A stretch of 64,000 nucleotides of DNA from Balanoglossus misakiensis (taxonomy: Eukaryota; Animalia; Hemichordata): contig CM082597.2 of assembly GCA_040954595.2 (NCBI GenBank), positions 3,378,014 through 3,442,013 on the forward strand. Reading direction: 5' to 3'. Positions 35,324 through 49,295 of the stretch are shown piece after piece. Position 1 is the first letter of the stretch, and the number at the start of each line of letters is the position of its first letter. The notes under the pieces were generated by a model. That model searched no databases and had not been told where the DNA came from. It was given only the letters and a program-made list of their open reading frames with translations. A program made the translations under genes and the position numbers.

Positions 35324-38300
35324 AGTGCGGGTACGTGGGCGTACGCGTCTGCATGCAAACACACATAGTGTTTTCAATCCGTATTTCTGTGTGAAAATGC
35401 TGTTCCGCTCCACCACCAACTCTCAACGTAAATTACACACACACCTGTAAATTACCTCTCAGTAAATGTCACTTTTGAGTGACCGGGCCACTCCAGGAAG
35501 TTCGAAGAATGGCATAATTAATCGATCGCGCCGCCTGAAGTGAGCGCAGGAAGCAATTCGACAGATGACTACAATTTCAAGATGTTCTCATTAGCGAAGA
35601 AAGCGTTACTTCGGCGCCTCTTAACCCGCAGAACAGTAAAGGTTGCAACGGACTTCAACTGCAGAAGTGGATTAGTTTTGACTGCTTGATAATTCCGCAA
35701 TTTTTTTCTCCCTTTTATATTGCAAATGGTCAATGACGCGGGAAATTATTCGTCATCCACTTAGCGCTACTTCTGAGGGCGAGTCGTGATTTCCAACGGG
35801 GTTTGGAAGATGGATCAGCGTGCAGTGCCGTGTTGTCGTCACGCCCAAAGGCCCGGGGATTACGACTATTAGCTGATTGATGGCTGCGGGCGAAGTCTGG
35901 CGAAAACTCGTCGAGAGATCATCTGGATGAAGAGATTATATTTGACACTACTTGTGGCGCTGATGAGCCCTATCAAACTTCGCCGAATGGAGGCAGCGAA
36001 CCAAAACAACTTTAGTGAGAGATTCTCTCCCCCTCTCTCTCGCCCCCTCGCCCCCCCCCCCTCGTTCACCCCCCGTTATCCCCGTCTAATGACGACGATA
36101 AAGCTTACATTGTAGTTAAATTGAAAATATCCTTTCGAGAAGTATTTCCTAAACAGGAAAGGGAAGGAGACACTGAAGGAGTAAAACGCCGGAAACGTCA
36201 CATGGCGGACGGGTATTTTAATGATTAGCGTGGAAGGGTGTGGAACGCGAAGGAAATGCGCCAATTCTTCAAATGGTCGATCAGTCGTAAAATGGCACCC
36301 CGCCGCGAGCGAAATTATTTGATCAGTTTGTCCCAGGGGGAGAAACTTAATCGACGGAATGCCGTCTTTATTCTGCTAAACCCTGCCTTATTGAGCAAGA
36401 AGGGATGCATTATGGATGGTGTTTACTTAAAAGAACGGCGCTCAGAGCCACTTCGATGATTGTCGTGCTATAAGGCCCAGATCTTCAATTATGTTATTTG
36501 CTTTTCTTCTGGCTATTAATTATGCTGACGTAGAGACAGCTTGTGGACTTTCCAGACTTGATTGAAAATAAGCTTGGCGTAGTCCTGAGTAATCGAGAAA
36601 TTCTAATCATATATTTAGGATATGGCGTGGATGTCGGAATCTCGTTTTTTCTGTTCGGAACAATACACAATATCAAAGGTGCTGGGATACCCGTGACAGT
36701 TTATACCATTGAAAGGTCGTTGACTCCTGTGGATCTTGCACAATGAAGTGATAATTCCAGATGAAAAAAGGTGTGAGTTCAAACTAAGCTATAGCACACG
36801 ATAAATGAAAGCAACCATAAAGAAATAAACGAGAACTATGAGCTTACATAACCGCGGCAGATGGGACGACAACGCGACAAACCTTATTGGTTGGTTCCGA
36901 AGTCGGTACCATTTACGTAAGGCCTGTTATGCCATAATCAGCAGGTAAAAGAATATTGTCAGAGACGCCATGCGAACCCCCACCCAAGACCGGTAATTGA
37001 TAAGTGCTTTAATTCGGCAGGAAATGTCCCCTTCAATTAGGAAATGTCTACTTCTTGAATGACAATTTCCCAAAATAATGACTTGCGTGTACGCATGCGG
37101 CGAGGCAGTCTGTCTCGGTTGCGGGTTTGACAGTGTTTGCCTTTTGGTCTTTACGTAGCAAAACTTAGCGACCGATTTTGTATACATGTAAACTTAGAAC
37201 TTTCAAAGAGACGACGTGAGACGGTGGGGTATGCCTAGAAAGTAGGTCCCATTGACAGTTGTCAGCAAATCAAAGTGTAACAGTATGGAAACTGCGGAAG
37301 GACACACGACAGGCTGTACTCAAAAGTTCCTGGCGTTATTTCTGCTGCGTGTTTACGGAAGTTTGAATCATTCCGCGTACAGGCCGTCCGCCTGATTTAC
37401 CCCACCGCGTAGCCACCGTGCGCACCGGCAGGTAGAGCGAAATGCTTTACGGCGTCGGCAGAACCAACGTCACGGGGAATCAATCTCTCTTCATTAAGAC
37501 CAGGGCATCAATCAGTGGCTCCATTAACATGCACGATATACTTCGGTCGCCATCAGAATGCAACAAGGCGTCTCGACAAAGATTTAGATGGTGCGTCAAA
37601 CCCGGCGACCACAGAAAAAAGTTGACAGTGCAATTAAGATGGGATTTCGCTGCGGTGCTGGCAGAGATCACGATTTACCTTGCTCGAGTGACTATTTACT
37701 TACATGGAGTTAAGTGGCATCAGTTTTGCCATGAAAGGGATTTCGGAAATTAGCCCTGAATTATTATTTACGACTCCCCTCATATGTAACCCTGCTTCAC
37801 GCGAAAAGTTAACTGTGTTAAAAGTCGGTGATCGAGTCGGGCTTGACTCACTGAACAGGCATTCCCATCACTCTCCGAGCTGAATCTCCGTTTCCAGCGG
37901 TTAACTCAACCGTTATAAATTTATTACCGTGATGGATCGCGCTTATCTTAATTACTAAAGTAACTAACAAGGCCAATGGCTTAATGTAACGGGGATATTA
38001 CTTGTACAAATCACAGTAATGGACACAAGGGGCAAGCGAAGCTTCGGCTGGGTTGGGTTTAGATAATTGTTGCCTCTTATCTCCAATCAGTAACACTGCA
38101 ACATGGACATGGCGAGTACGTGTGTCCGATGATCCCTACGATAGGTTAATACATGCAGTCTCTCTCTCTCTCAACCATCTGCACAACACCCACACGCATA
38201 AAGAACATCAACAACCTGGGAATATGATACAAACTAACTACATATTATTTTCAATGATGTACGTTGCAACAATTTTACTTTGTGGCTATTTTGACTTGCC

Positions 38301-39100
38301 AGCAGTTGTGTCCCGCGAGACTTTTCTGCGCAGCCGCAGACGGGACGACTGCAGCCCTCTATTCAGCGACCATTGCCCGGCTGATCTTTCAGCATCGCCA
38401 CATACTCAGTATGCGTCCATACATAATCCCGCCCTACTAATGAACGCAAATTCTTTCTGATTAGGAACGTGGGTTTCCTTTCAGTCGCGTGGCTTGATTT
38501 TAATTGAAAAGAGAAGAAATGTATGAGAGCGCGTATTAGTTTGCCGCCAATCAATTAACTGCTTGACTGTTCGTCAAAAACTAAGAACCAATTTTCCAAA
38601 TTTTGCACAAAGTCAAGAGTTCAATATCGCCTAAGTAATCCACATAGATGGAATCAACTGCAGACCTTCTAGTCGTTCATTACATTCTATATTACATACA
38701 TTTATGCATGGGAGTGGACTTATAAGCCGTCATCAAAATGAACTAATTTTTCAATCCACAGCATTGCAGTGCAAGAATTATGGAACCAGTAGGAGAATTG
38801 TTCTTTAGCGCGACCTTTCACCGCGTTCCCCGGGCGATAGCTCTGGTATTACCGTCAAAAATATTAAAAGCACACCGCACGTCAGTTGACATCAAAGAAC
38901 ACGACAGCGGTTAAGCGGCGTGTGTACGCCAGAAAAAGAGGATATTTTTCACATGAAGGTCAAGGTTTATCTGTATGATCCGACATTTAATTGGATGTCC
39001 CACTGTGCTTGACAACGTGAAGTAGAAGTCACTGTAAAAAATAACATGTTGCAAGTGGAGCGAAAGTGGCGCGTTAAGAGGTTTAAAATAGCACACACAA

Positions 39101-39322
39101 GTATGTATGTATGTATGTATGTATGTATGTATGTATGTATGTATGTATGTATGTATGTATGTATGTATGTATGCATGTATGTATGTATGTATGTATGTAT
39201 GTATGTATGTATGTATGTATGTATGTATGTATGTATGTATGTATGTATGTATGTATGTATGTATGTATGTATGTATGTATGTATGTATGTATGTATGTAT
39301 GTATGTATGTATGCATGTATGT

Positions 39323-39367
<45 letters not shown>
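39101..39367. repeat. (GTAT)n microsatellite abutting (AG)n
   Basis: Directly visible. Confidence 0.97.
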
Positions 39368-39371
<4 letters not shown>

Positions 39372-42300
39372 AATCAAACCGTGACATCGTACTTATGCAC
39401 AGGATTAGACCGGCGTTAACTTATCATGGCGGGCCATCGATGTCTATTATAGCTTTACATTATTGATGCACGCGAGGAGATTCGCGACTGGAAGGGAGAG
39501 CCTGCCTTCATTTCTGCGTCTTTAGTCTTTCACTGCACGGCTCTGCGTCTCCTTGCCCTTCAGTGTTTTTGCCGTACTCAGTTTCGGCGGTTAGTGATTA
39601 AACCTAAGGAGGGAAACTATATAGACGACATTCAAACTATGCAGGCCAACCCGTTTACGGATATTACCCAAACATGCTGTCTGTGAATCTGAGATCTATC
39701 TTCGCGACATATGCAAATATGGAGTCTTATCTGCGCGCCCGCGTGGCAATGTACATTTCATCCAGGCCATCTATTAGGATGACGTATGCAAAAGTGTACC
39801 ACAGTTCACATTAGACCAAATAACTAACGCCATTATAGACACAACCGTTGTTCCACTTGCCATGCGTAATCTTGTTTTGAAGTCGTTCAGTACAGATGTC
39901 TATCCGGGCGGCGGGAGTTAAAGTTATTGAGATTCTCGTTCAGAAGAAATGTCGTTTATTTATGCCACGTGGGCGTGCGTGTTGCCCCTCTACGCTGCGA
40001 ATGTCTATCTTGCCAACGGGCTTGTTTGATTCTTGCTGGTTTAATAGTATTACCTCAGAAACAATCATGGCGCATAAATGTTGACAGGACACGGCGGACA
40101 CGTGCAGCGGACTCCGCCATCCCACGCGATGTCACAGAACACACGTCTTCATTCGGCGTAAGGGCTCAACGCACGACTACTTGTTTACGAAGAAGACCTT
40201 TCAGTTGTCTAGATCCCGCAGAACAGGGCGCCCGTCCGTTGACGCCGAGAGTTGTTTATCAGCTACATGCTATATCTAAAGGCCAAATGATTTACTGACA
40301 AACACGTCAACTGGAAGACAAAAACAACAACATGAAAGTGTTCACTGTCAACAAGCACTGATGCGAGAACATTAGATTTGGAAATTCGTCGTCAATGAGT
40401 TTATTGCACTTTTTTGGAACGAACGCGAGTAATTTCGACACGACACTCTACAATTTATTCTTGCTGACGGGACTTTTGATCAGCTCAAATTTACGCTGAA
40501 AGAATTGAAGGTAAATGATCCCGAAAATGTGAAATATGCATACACTTGGCAGGTCCCTTTGAACCAGGCGCGACTTATCGGAAGCAATTAGCGGGCCTTG
40601 TTCATGAGTTCAGGCGAGCATGGAAAATGTTGACGTATCACAAAGTGCTCGTGCCCTTACACGGACGGCGGTGATTTGTATCACCGCGCTAAATTAAAGT
40701 GGATTTCTCAGATGGACGAGAGTGCAGACTTCAGGCCATTGCGAAAACGTCTGCCAGAAGTCAGTCAAACAGACGAAACTGCCATTTTGTTTTAAATTTT
40801 AAACTAGCTCGAAAGAAGATACACGCTGCTCTTCTCTGTTTCGTATGAATAAACAATCACGCAATGGCTGTATATACATATGTATAGGTGCGTGGGTCGC
40901 AATTAACGATTGCATACAGGGCGACATCTCTTTTAATTGATCAGTCAGAAGGTTTAAGATATCCCTACCAGCGTTTGAACAGTTTTCATGCTGATAGCCA
41001 CCGTCGTAATGTAACACTTTATGACCTCTTCAGAGCTTAAAACATAACAGTCGCCCGTAAAGAGAGCTCTCAAACTCTTGTACATCGCTGTAAGACACCT
41101 TAGCATTCAAAAGGCAAGTTTAACCTGGCGGCTTTTGTTGAATCTGTATGCCGACTGTGGTGATCTCACGTAACCAATTTTCTTCGTTAGTCGAACGATG
41201 TTTAGACCGTCCTGTTCACACGTTGCGTCATTATCGGAGCGTTTTTTACAACATTTGATCGGTGACGAATAAATATCCTAGGGTCATAACGGAACTGCGG
41301 TGTTGATGTGCTGAGGGATGTTGGCGATTTGGTGGCGTGGTTTTTCGCAAGTCTTGGGAATTATCACATTAGCGTTTGAGTTGACTCCCGAGGAAATTAC
41401 AGGAGATCACGAGGATGGTTTGAGATTGTAGTTCCAATCCTGTCTCAGCTGTACGATGGGGGCGATTATCGTTAGTTTTATTGCCGTGACCCCGGCAGTA
41501 GCTACGGAATGACAGGACTAGAATTCCCGAGAGGATGCGCACGCGGACGCGGAGACTACGGCATTAGGCGCGAATCGTTGCGAGATGGGTATACATGTAG
41601 TCGCAGAGTAGGCGAGTCTCGGCGCAGATGGATGTTATTATCTGCATGTCGCCAAACGAACTGTAGCTGCTGTCGTTTGCGAAAATCAGAAAACCGTCGG
41701 CGATAGTCTGTGCCTTGCCTAACGAGGCCAGGGGGTGCATTCGGGAAAAGAAGTAAATGTTACCGATTATTTTCAAAGTCAAATATTCCAGTTTGTATAA
41801 AAAAAAGACTTCTATTGAATAAATACTTAATCGTTATTCGGTAACATTTACGACGTTAATTTCCCTCGATTTGTCGACGATTCCCGGTTCACAAGTACTG
41901 AAACAGAATAACTAAGATGTGTAATTTATTTGTGTCGTCCCAATTTGTGGTTGGCAAGAGAATGGCTGGCTCAGCGGGGCCATCAATCAAGCACAGCCTT
42001 TGCCACGGCGATGAAAAAACATGCACTGGCGCTGTAAATTACCATCGTGGTAGAAACACTGCCGTCTTCGCGAAGCACTCTTCGGCAATAAATCGAGAGA
42101 CTCCAGTCAAACGGTGAAATCCTTTTTTTATTGAAACATCAATAAACGTCAGCATCGGCTACATGTAATATTCCACATGGATGGTTTAAGACTCACTGGT
42201 AATTTGTACCGGGTATTTATCTAATGAAGGCTGTCCTGGCCGTGGCGGTTCTGACATGGAGGAGAAGATGGGTTCGCCGACACGGCATATAAATCACCGA

Positions 42301-45139
42301 GAACGGTTCCACCAGAGTGGCGTTTGCGATGTTCTCAGCCGGGAGGCAACCGCTTCATCCGCCGCCGGGGCTAAGCTTTAAAGACCGTGCCTTCCAGGCA
42401 AGGACCGTCACCGGCTACCCTTCATTGGATTGGGCGTATAAAGCGATCACTCTACATTAGTGGAGCAGATAAGAGTGATGTTTTGGCAAAATACGTTTCC
42501 TTTGATGATACAAGCATGAAAATCTGTAAAAGAGTTCGCAAATTATCAAAGCATTTCATTTTAGCGGAAGTGGGCTTGTCGGCCATCTTGAAAAATGCCC
42601 GCCATATTGGATTTTTGGTGTGGCTAATTTTTTTTAAATTACCCAATATTTGCATGCTTGTATCATCGTTGAAATGTTTTCTTACTTATCTGCTCCACTA
42701 CATAGCCCCGTTTTCATATAAGGGGTGTATTCCCAGTGTACTCTTTCAAGCAATCATTGAAATAAAACAACTTCAGTAAATGCTTTATTTTGGCATAGCT
42801 CAACCAATGTTAGAACTGTATCATTTTGGCTCCAATTTTCGTAAGAATCCCGATGTCAGAATACAAAACGTATTCTTACAAATCTACACCATGCTATTAA
42901 TAAAATACTTGAAACTTTGAACCTGATTTCGTAAAGACTGTGTTTTTCTGTTTAAATTTATTGTGCTTCCCCATTAAACAAAAACAGTGTTTGCCTGCTA
43001 TTAATCTGTTATCAATACATTACCGGTGGTAAAATGTAAATTAGGCAAAAAAGTGTTTCTAGTAACAAGCTGATCAGAAATAGGATGGTAGGTAGGATTT
43101 TTCTATTTAGTAAACCGTATAGGACTAATGACGTAATTGTGAAATTTTCTTTAATGTTGGAGTAGATAAGTCTTGTTACCGGAAACACGCACGATTTGTG
43201 ATGTTGAACTCTGGTGAGACCAACAAATTTAAATTAGGCAGAATTTCGAAAAATGATTTGTAACATGTAATTTATACCTGGCATTGAAGCCAACAGCACA
43301 TATGACAATGCCAATATACACAATATTTACAAAACAATACAAGGCATGGAGAATTGTTTCACCATCTGAAATACTTGGGTTGGGATCTTTAACGTCACGT
43401 GGGCTAAAATGGTCTGATGGCACATATACACGAATTGAAAATATATATACATGTACATCACATATCATGGCAAGTTTCGAATCATTCTATTTGCTGTGCG
43501 GTGCGGGTGACGTATTACACACAAGTACACACGGTCACTGCACATTAACGTACTGACTTACAAGCGACCTCGCTTGTTGCCAGTTATTATTAATTGGTTG
43601 TAACGTTAACACTAACGACATAAACACCGTCGAGTATTTGAAACGCTCGTAATATTCTTAAAGCTTCTACCAAATGTACTCTAGTTTGGCTGGCTAGAGA
43701 GAAAAGTGCTCTTCTAATAAAAGTCTCCCCTCCCGACAAAGAGATACACTTTCGAGAAATATGGCCCAGAAAAATATATATCCTTGGTTTCAAAATACTG
43801 TACACAAAACGAAACGAGTTGAAAGGTATCATGTTCTTGAGTGTATATACATGGCTATATTAGCTGTGGTCCTGTATTGGCAATAAGTATATTCTGTGCG
43901 AAGCTCGTCACGTGCCGTAAGCGATTTCTCCTGCAGTGTACCACAGGGGTAACTGCACCATGAGTCCGCCGTCTTTCTGGTCCAAACAAGAGTAGTTTGT
44001 CATCGGCCTGCTCATTCACTCTCCCTTGTAGAGTGCATGTACCCTGCCGCTGTTTTTTAACCAGCACAGCCGCCACACAAGACAAAACACCCCATCTCGA
44101 GGTAACCACACATATTACCTCCTTGCAAATCACATGATCAGCGGGCGTATGGAAATTCGACTCATATCATAAACACTCGGCGTGACAATATTTTCATAAT
44201 TAGCTGTTCTAAAATTATGTAAAAAGTAGCCAATAAACAGAGATGTACAGGATCTCTGCATGTCAAGTTAACGAGAAAACGAAGGAAATGTTTCACATTC
44301 ACGTGCAAATTATTTATATATTTTTTGGCTTTATATTTAGGCAGTGAGTCTCCTTATATAGTGCTAACAGGCACGAAGTAAACGTTATATGTAAAAACAA
44401 TGAAACCATACATATTTTTTTCCGTTCTGCAAGTATTCAGTTTACAATGCGACCACCCAGATGGTATTTTTTCAATTAAAGTATTCAACATTGTCAGTGT
44501 ACATCACGTGAGTGTCGAATAATCCAAAAATACGAAATAATTAAAAATAGAAATCAAGAATCGCGACATTTTGATTAGTGTTGTGGTCTTGGCAAACTAT
44601 GTGACTGTTTTTTTTTTTGTTATCTTCTTCTTTTGAATCTCTATGAAGATTGAGTGAGCCAATCCTAATTGAATGGATGTCACCAGTAGGCAGTCTTCGT
44701 TATTATGCTGTATATGAGCTCTCTCCATAGGTGACCATGTCAGACAAACAGCGTCTATCCGTGTACTTGTACCGCGCTGTTTGTTTTTGTTAATGCCTCG
44801 GCCATTAAGTGAATATTCGCCACAGAGCAATTAGAGACTCCTGTTTGTGTGTAAATTCAAGGTACTTTAATGTCAGTGACAAACGTGAGACAGTGTTTTT
44901 TTTCTTGCCACAAGACATCGCGAAGTGACGTCGGTAATTACTTGGGACGGTTACCTGTTCTTGATGGGATGTGCATGCCGTGCGAATCCAGCAAGACGTG
45001 CGCGGTTTTGTTGGAGCCTATTTCCTGCACGCTTGCTAATAACATAAACGCCATCATTCTATTTCAGATCTAGAGTCGGTGGGCACGATCATTTACCACA
45101 TACACTTTGCTCACCGCTGCACGATATCCAAAAACTGAT

Positions 45140-46315
45140 TCAGGCGTCCGCCTTCTTGCAGCGGCTGACGCGGCGCGTGGACAGCGTCGTCATGGTTACT
45201 CCGTTGGCGTCATTGTTCGTGTGATCGGCCGGGTTGTAGATGCGCTTGGGAAGACAGGCCAGCAGCGTGTCCTTGAACGCCTCCCGGTACCTGTCGCACA
45301 GCGCGTTATAAATGATGGGGTTGGCCGCCGAGTTGATGTACGTCAGTGTCCGCGAGATGTTCAGCAGGTAGTAACCCACGCTGGGGTCCATGGTGACGTT
45401 GTAGAAAAAACAGAACGCTAGGATACGGTACGGGGTGATGCAGACCACGAACACCAGCGTCGTCGCCACCAACATGCGAATGAGTTGCTTCTTGGCCTGG
45501 AAGGACGCCTTGGCGGTGAACGTCTTGCTGGAGCGTTCCGTCTTGATCAGCCGCATCAGTATGCAGAGATAAATCAACAGCAGCGCCGGTAGCATTCCCA
45601 GGAAGAACACCTGGCTGATCTGGTAGTACACGGTGTAGAACAGACAATCCTCCAGACACGCGTTGCACACCTGGTAGGTGGCGGGCATGGACGTGCGGTT
45701 GGTGAACGATTCCGGCCACACCAGATCGACGACGTACGTGTACGTGTAGATGGTGTCCGGGAGCATGTAGATGAGACAGAAGAGCCAGACGACCACGCAG
45801 ACGATGAGCACATTATTCGTCGTGCGGTACACCCTGAACTTGACGTACCAGCGGATGGCCAGGTACTTCTCGACGGCCAGGATCAGGATGGTGACGCAAG
45901 ACACGGCGATTGTGACACCAGAGAGGTACGTGAAACCCTTGCAGCCGACCTCGCCCAGGAGGTGGTAGTCGTTGACCAGGGGCACAGACACGCCGATGTA
46001 GCTGTAGAACTTGGGGGCGACCGAGATCAGCAGGAAGAGTATATCCGCTATGGCCAGGTTGACCAGCAGCATGTTGGTAACGCTCTGCATCCCGCGCGCT
46101 TTGATGAACACCACCACGGTGAGGGAGTTGCCCACCACGCCGATGATGAAGACGATGGGCATCAGCACGCAGACGATGAGCGTGTCCGTGCTGGAGTACA
46201 TGAGTTGGGCGATTTGCGACGGCGTCAGAACAGTCTGCCCGGTGTCGTTATCCATGTACGGGCTCTCCGCCGCCACCACCTTCGGCGTGACGATATCGTA
46301 CTCCGTCGTCACCAT
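45140..46315 (-). CDS. Rhodopsin-like (class A) GPCR, orphan peptide-receptor type, single coding exon, 391 aa
   Basis: Seven hydrophobic segments: TM1 IGVVGNSL, TM2 NLAIADIL, TM3 GCK..AVEKYLAI, TM4 VVVW..LP, TM6 FVVCITPY, TM7 INSAANPIIY. N-glycosylation site NDT in the N-terminus; strong GC3 bias. A splice acceptor (TTTTGTCTTCACCCAG) lies 6 nt upstream of the ATG. Confidence 0.95.
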   Translation of the reverse strand: MVTTEYDIVTPKVVAAESPYMDNDTGQTVLTPSQIAQLMYSSTDTLIVCVLMPIVFIIGVVGNSLTVVVFIKARGMQSVTNMLLVNLAIADILFLLISVAPKFYSYIGVSVPLVNDYHLLGEVGCKGFTYLSGVTIAVSCVTILILAVEKYLAIRWYVKFRVYRTTNNVLIVCVVVWLFCLIYMLPDTIYTYTYVVDLVWPESFTNRTSMPATYQVCNACLEDCLFYTVYYQISQVFFLGMLPALLLIYLCILMRLIKTERSSKTFTAKASFQAKKQLIRMLVATTLVFVVCITPYRILAFCFFYNVTMDPSVGYYLLNISRTLTYINSAANPIIYNALCDRYREAFKDTLLACLPKRIYNPADHTNNDANGVTMTTLSTRRVSRCKKADA

Positions 46316-47126
46316 AGCTACCTGGGTGAAGACAAAACCGAGAAGACGACTTCGTGTTAGTGAAAACCGTGGCTAAGCGAGCACATCACACGATCTGTGT
46401 ACACAAGTCAACCTCTCTTCTGGTCTCCCAAGCTTTTGATTATAAATCTGCCCGAGCTCTGCCTATAAATCCTCCTACCTACACTGGAGGAAAGAAACAA
46501 CCGGCAAACTCCAGCAAAATGGGTGGGCTAACTTTATTATGCTTTGACATTCAAGGCTTCGGATGTGAAATGCAAATGTACAAATTTAGAATGATTTTGA
46601 CAGGAAATCACAAGAGAAGCCAATTTTTACTTTTATATTTAAAGAAAATCTCACACGTCGTGAACTTCACGCCCCTCAGCCACAAAGTGATTTTCATCAT
46701 CGTCGCGAAATTTCTACCCCTTCCTGTCTCCTTTATATACATATTTAGATTAACTGCTTTGGATCAGGGGCGATTATCTTAATGCGGCAGTCAAATATCA
46801 ATTCTCATTACTGTAATTCCATTAGCTGTCTCAGACGCCTTTCATATCCAGGAAAGTGAAAAATTTCTGCTCAGGGATTTTCCTTTCCCCAGTTGGGGAA
46901 ATTGTCTAAGAGCCGGTGACCAAGGGTTCCAATTAATATTTTTTAAAATCGTACATGTTTAGAAGGCCATGGCGTCACTGGGGTTTGTATGGATATACGC
47001 GCTAAGGCCTAGCGCCAGGTTTCTAAAGTAACTGGTTTGAGTTTTCTCAGATTGGTGAAATCAAAAAGCTTTACAGTTGAATGATGTAATAAACACTCCA
47101 ATGATACTGTACAAATATAAGCTTTT

Positions 47127-47207
47127 GTATGTATGTATGTATGTATGTATGTATGTATGTATGTATGTATGAATGTATGTATGTACAGGTATGTATGTAT
47201 GTATGTA
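47127..47207. repeat. (GTAT)n microsatellite
   Basis: Directly visible. Confidence 0.93.
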
Positions 47208-47710
47208 TTTTCGTGTAATGTTTCTTCTGGCAAACATGTGTATGAATAGCTGTTGTCCAACATCGTTGGTTAGGATGTATATCCGATCGGACAGATGCAT
47301 GCCACACCATGCACGTATAGACAAACATCTCAACTCATTTGTCACGTACCATGGCAGAGTGTTGATACAACCGCAATAACAGGCGTCACTACTAGCTAGA
47401 CATAAACCAACGCTCGCCCCCTTTGTGTAACATAAACCCTATGTCCCTCGGCCACTATATTGGTTGCCGTAATTAAAATTACCATTTCAACCTTTTGACC
47501 TCCTTTCAGAGTGAAATCAGACCATTTTAATCAAATGAAGACTTCGAATCGCGACGGCACATGTCGGTTTAGACGTCGATGAGCCTGATGCGACTTCCTA
47601 ATGGTCAATTTGTTAGATTTAGGACGTGTTATCATTCTGCTCTCGACGTGTTTCTGTCATCATAGCGGCTGTTGACATCGGGAGCATTACTTGTTAAAAT
47701 CTTTCCACAC

Positions 47711-48011
47711 CTAAAGGGTGAATGTTGTCTGGACTGCACATGTGCGACTTTCCTGTTTACATACACAGCATTGGCATCGTTCCCACAGTTCAGGGAGACC
47801 AATCAATACATGTATATCAAAGTAATTTGGACATGTGATGAAAAGTAGCGATGCATCGTTCGTAATGATATACATTGTGATACAAAGTAACAACTACATT
47901 GTTTACAATGATGTACGTTGTAGCATTTACATCCTGCCTTCTTTGACTTGCTAGTAACTGTATACCCTTACACACAGCTGCAGCCACAGACTGGACGACC
48001 CCCGCCCTTTA
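47711..48011 (+). mobile_element. Copy of the 62-bp-unit element family with about one unit and degenerate terminal inverted repeats (TAAAGGG...CCCTTTAA; Kolobok-like ends)
   Basis: Leader ACTGCACATGTGCGACTTT.CTGTTTA is shared with 60379. ACAAAGTAACAACTACATTGTTTACAATGATGTAC at ~47882. The end GGACGACCCCCGCCCTTTAA resembles the reverse complement of the start. Confidence 0.65.
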
Positions 48012-49160
48012 AGATGGGTCATTCCAGTCTCTATTTTAATGGCTATACGTGAACTATGGTATGCCTTCACAACTAGTACTGTAAATAGACCTTCAACCGC
48101 TGGCTAGTTTCTGTAGCCATCTTTACGTATCAATTCCTTCGAAAACATGACACTCCATGCACACTTGCGACGACAACTTTTTTCTTTCCCGCCACTGTTT
48201 TTGTGATGTCCATCAATAAAATGTTCCATTTGTTGGCCAGTTTCGACACTTAAGTTCACAGTGGTGTGTACATGAAAATGATTGATTATCAAATGGTATG
48301 TCGCGCACTAAATGGGATTGCTCTTCTTCCTAGTTGCGACATGTTCTAATCGTTCCCGGGGGCATGATAAACAGGAACTGCCTGGCAATGGCCACTCGTC
48401 ACTAGAACCTAGATGGATCTTTCGTGTTACGGTACCATCCTGCCGGTTCCCATTAGGCCCTTCCCAACGAGATTGGACTGAGTCTGCCCCGGCAAAGCGG
48501 TTGTAGCGTCTCTCCCTTTAATTCACCCGTGGGAGGCAAAGGTACACGGCAAATGCATTACACAGGCGCCTGTAAATGAATTTACCTTTGCACGACCGAG
48601 CTGATCATGCACAACTCGGGACCGTGGCCTCGGTAACCCTTCAGATGGTGGGGTTAAACTTGCTATCATATCTATGTTTATGTGATGTGGGGTGGCAGTG
48701 ATGAATAATTTTTATGGGGATCAGCGATCAACTTCTATCTAGATTTAAACTTCTCCAAACAATCACTGATAATGCGTTCTATATTTATCCTCAATTCCCT
48801 TGATTTATCAAGTTAAATGGCAAACGACAATTTTTCACATTGACATGTCGTCGGGCTCTTTTGTTTATTTTTAATCTTCTGTAACATCATAATTGCACAG
48901 TATCACTATCACTATCATCCTAATGCAACGTAAATCAAACACAATCATTGTGTTTGTCGGTTATTGTTGCGGCATATGTTGTCGGATTTAATTGCGCTGA
49001 TGATTTATGTGCTTTGATGGAATCTTGTGCCGCTTATTGCGTTCGTGGAAATGGACCGTTGTTCTTTCACCTCTTTATAGAATATAGTTGAGGACAGTAT
49101 GGTTGAGTATGGTCACATGCAAGCTGAGAGAGACCCCTACGGCAAAGAGCGCCACCAGTG

Positions 49161-49295
49161 ACCACCACCACCACCACAACCACCAACAACAACACTGTTC
49201 GCATATACCACCAAGGGCAAGTGGCTCCTACAGCAGTAAAAGCAAGCTGCCATCTCACTGTCTCCACCACCACTACCACCACCACCATCACAACA
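49161..49295. repeat. (CAC/CAA)n low-complexity tracts
   Basis: Directly visible. Confidence 0.8.

Noticed and set aside
45107-46376. Several overlapping ORFs on both strands of the GPCR
   Set aside because: Explained by high GC3 codon bias, which depletes stop codons in other frames.
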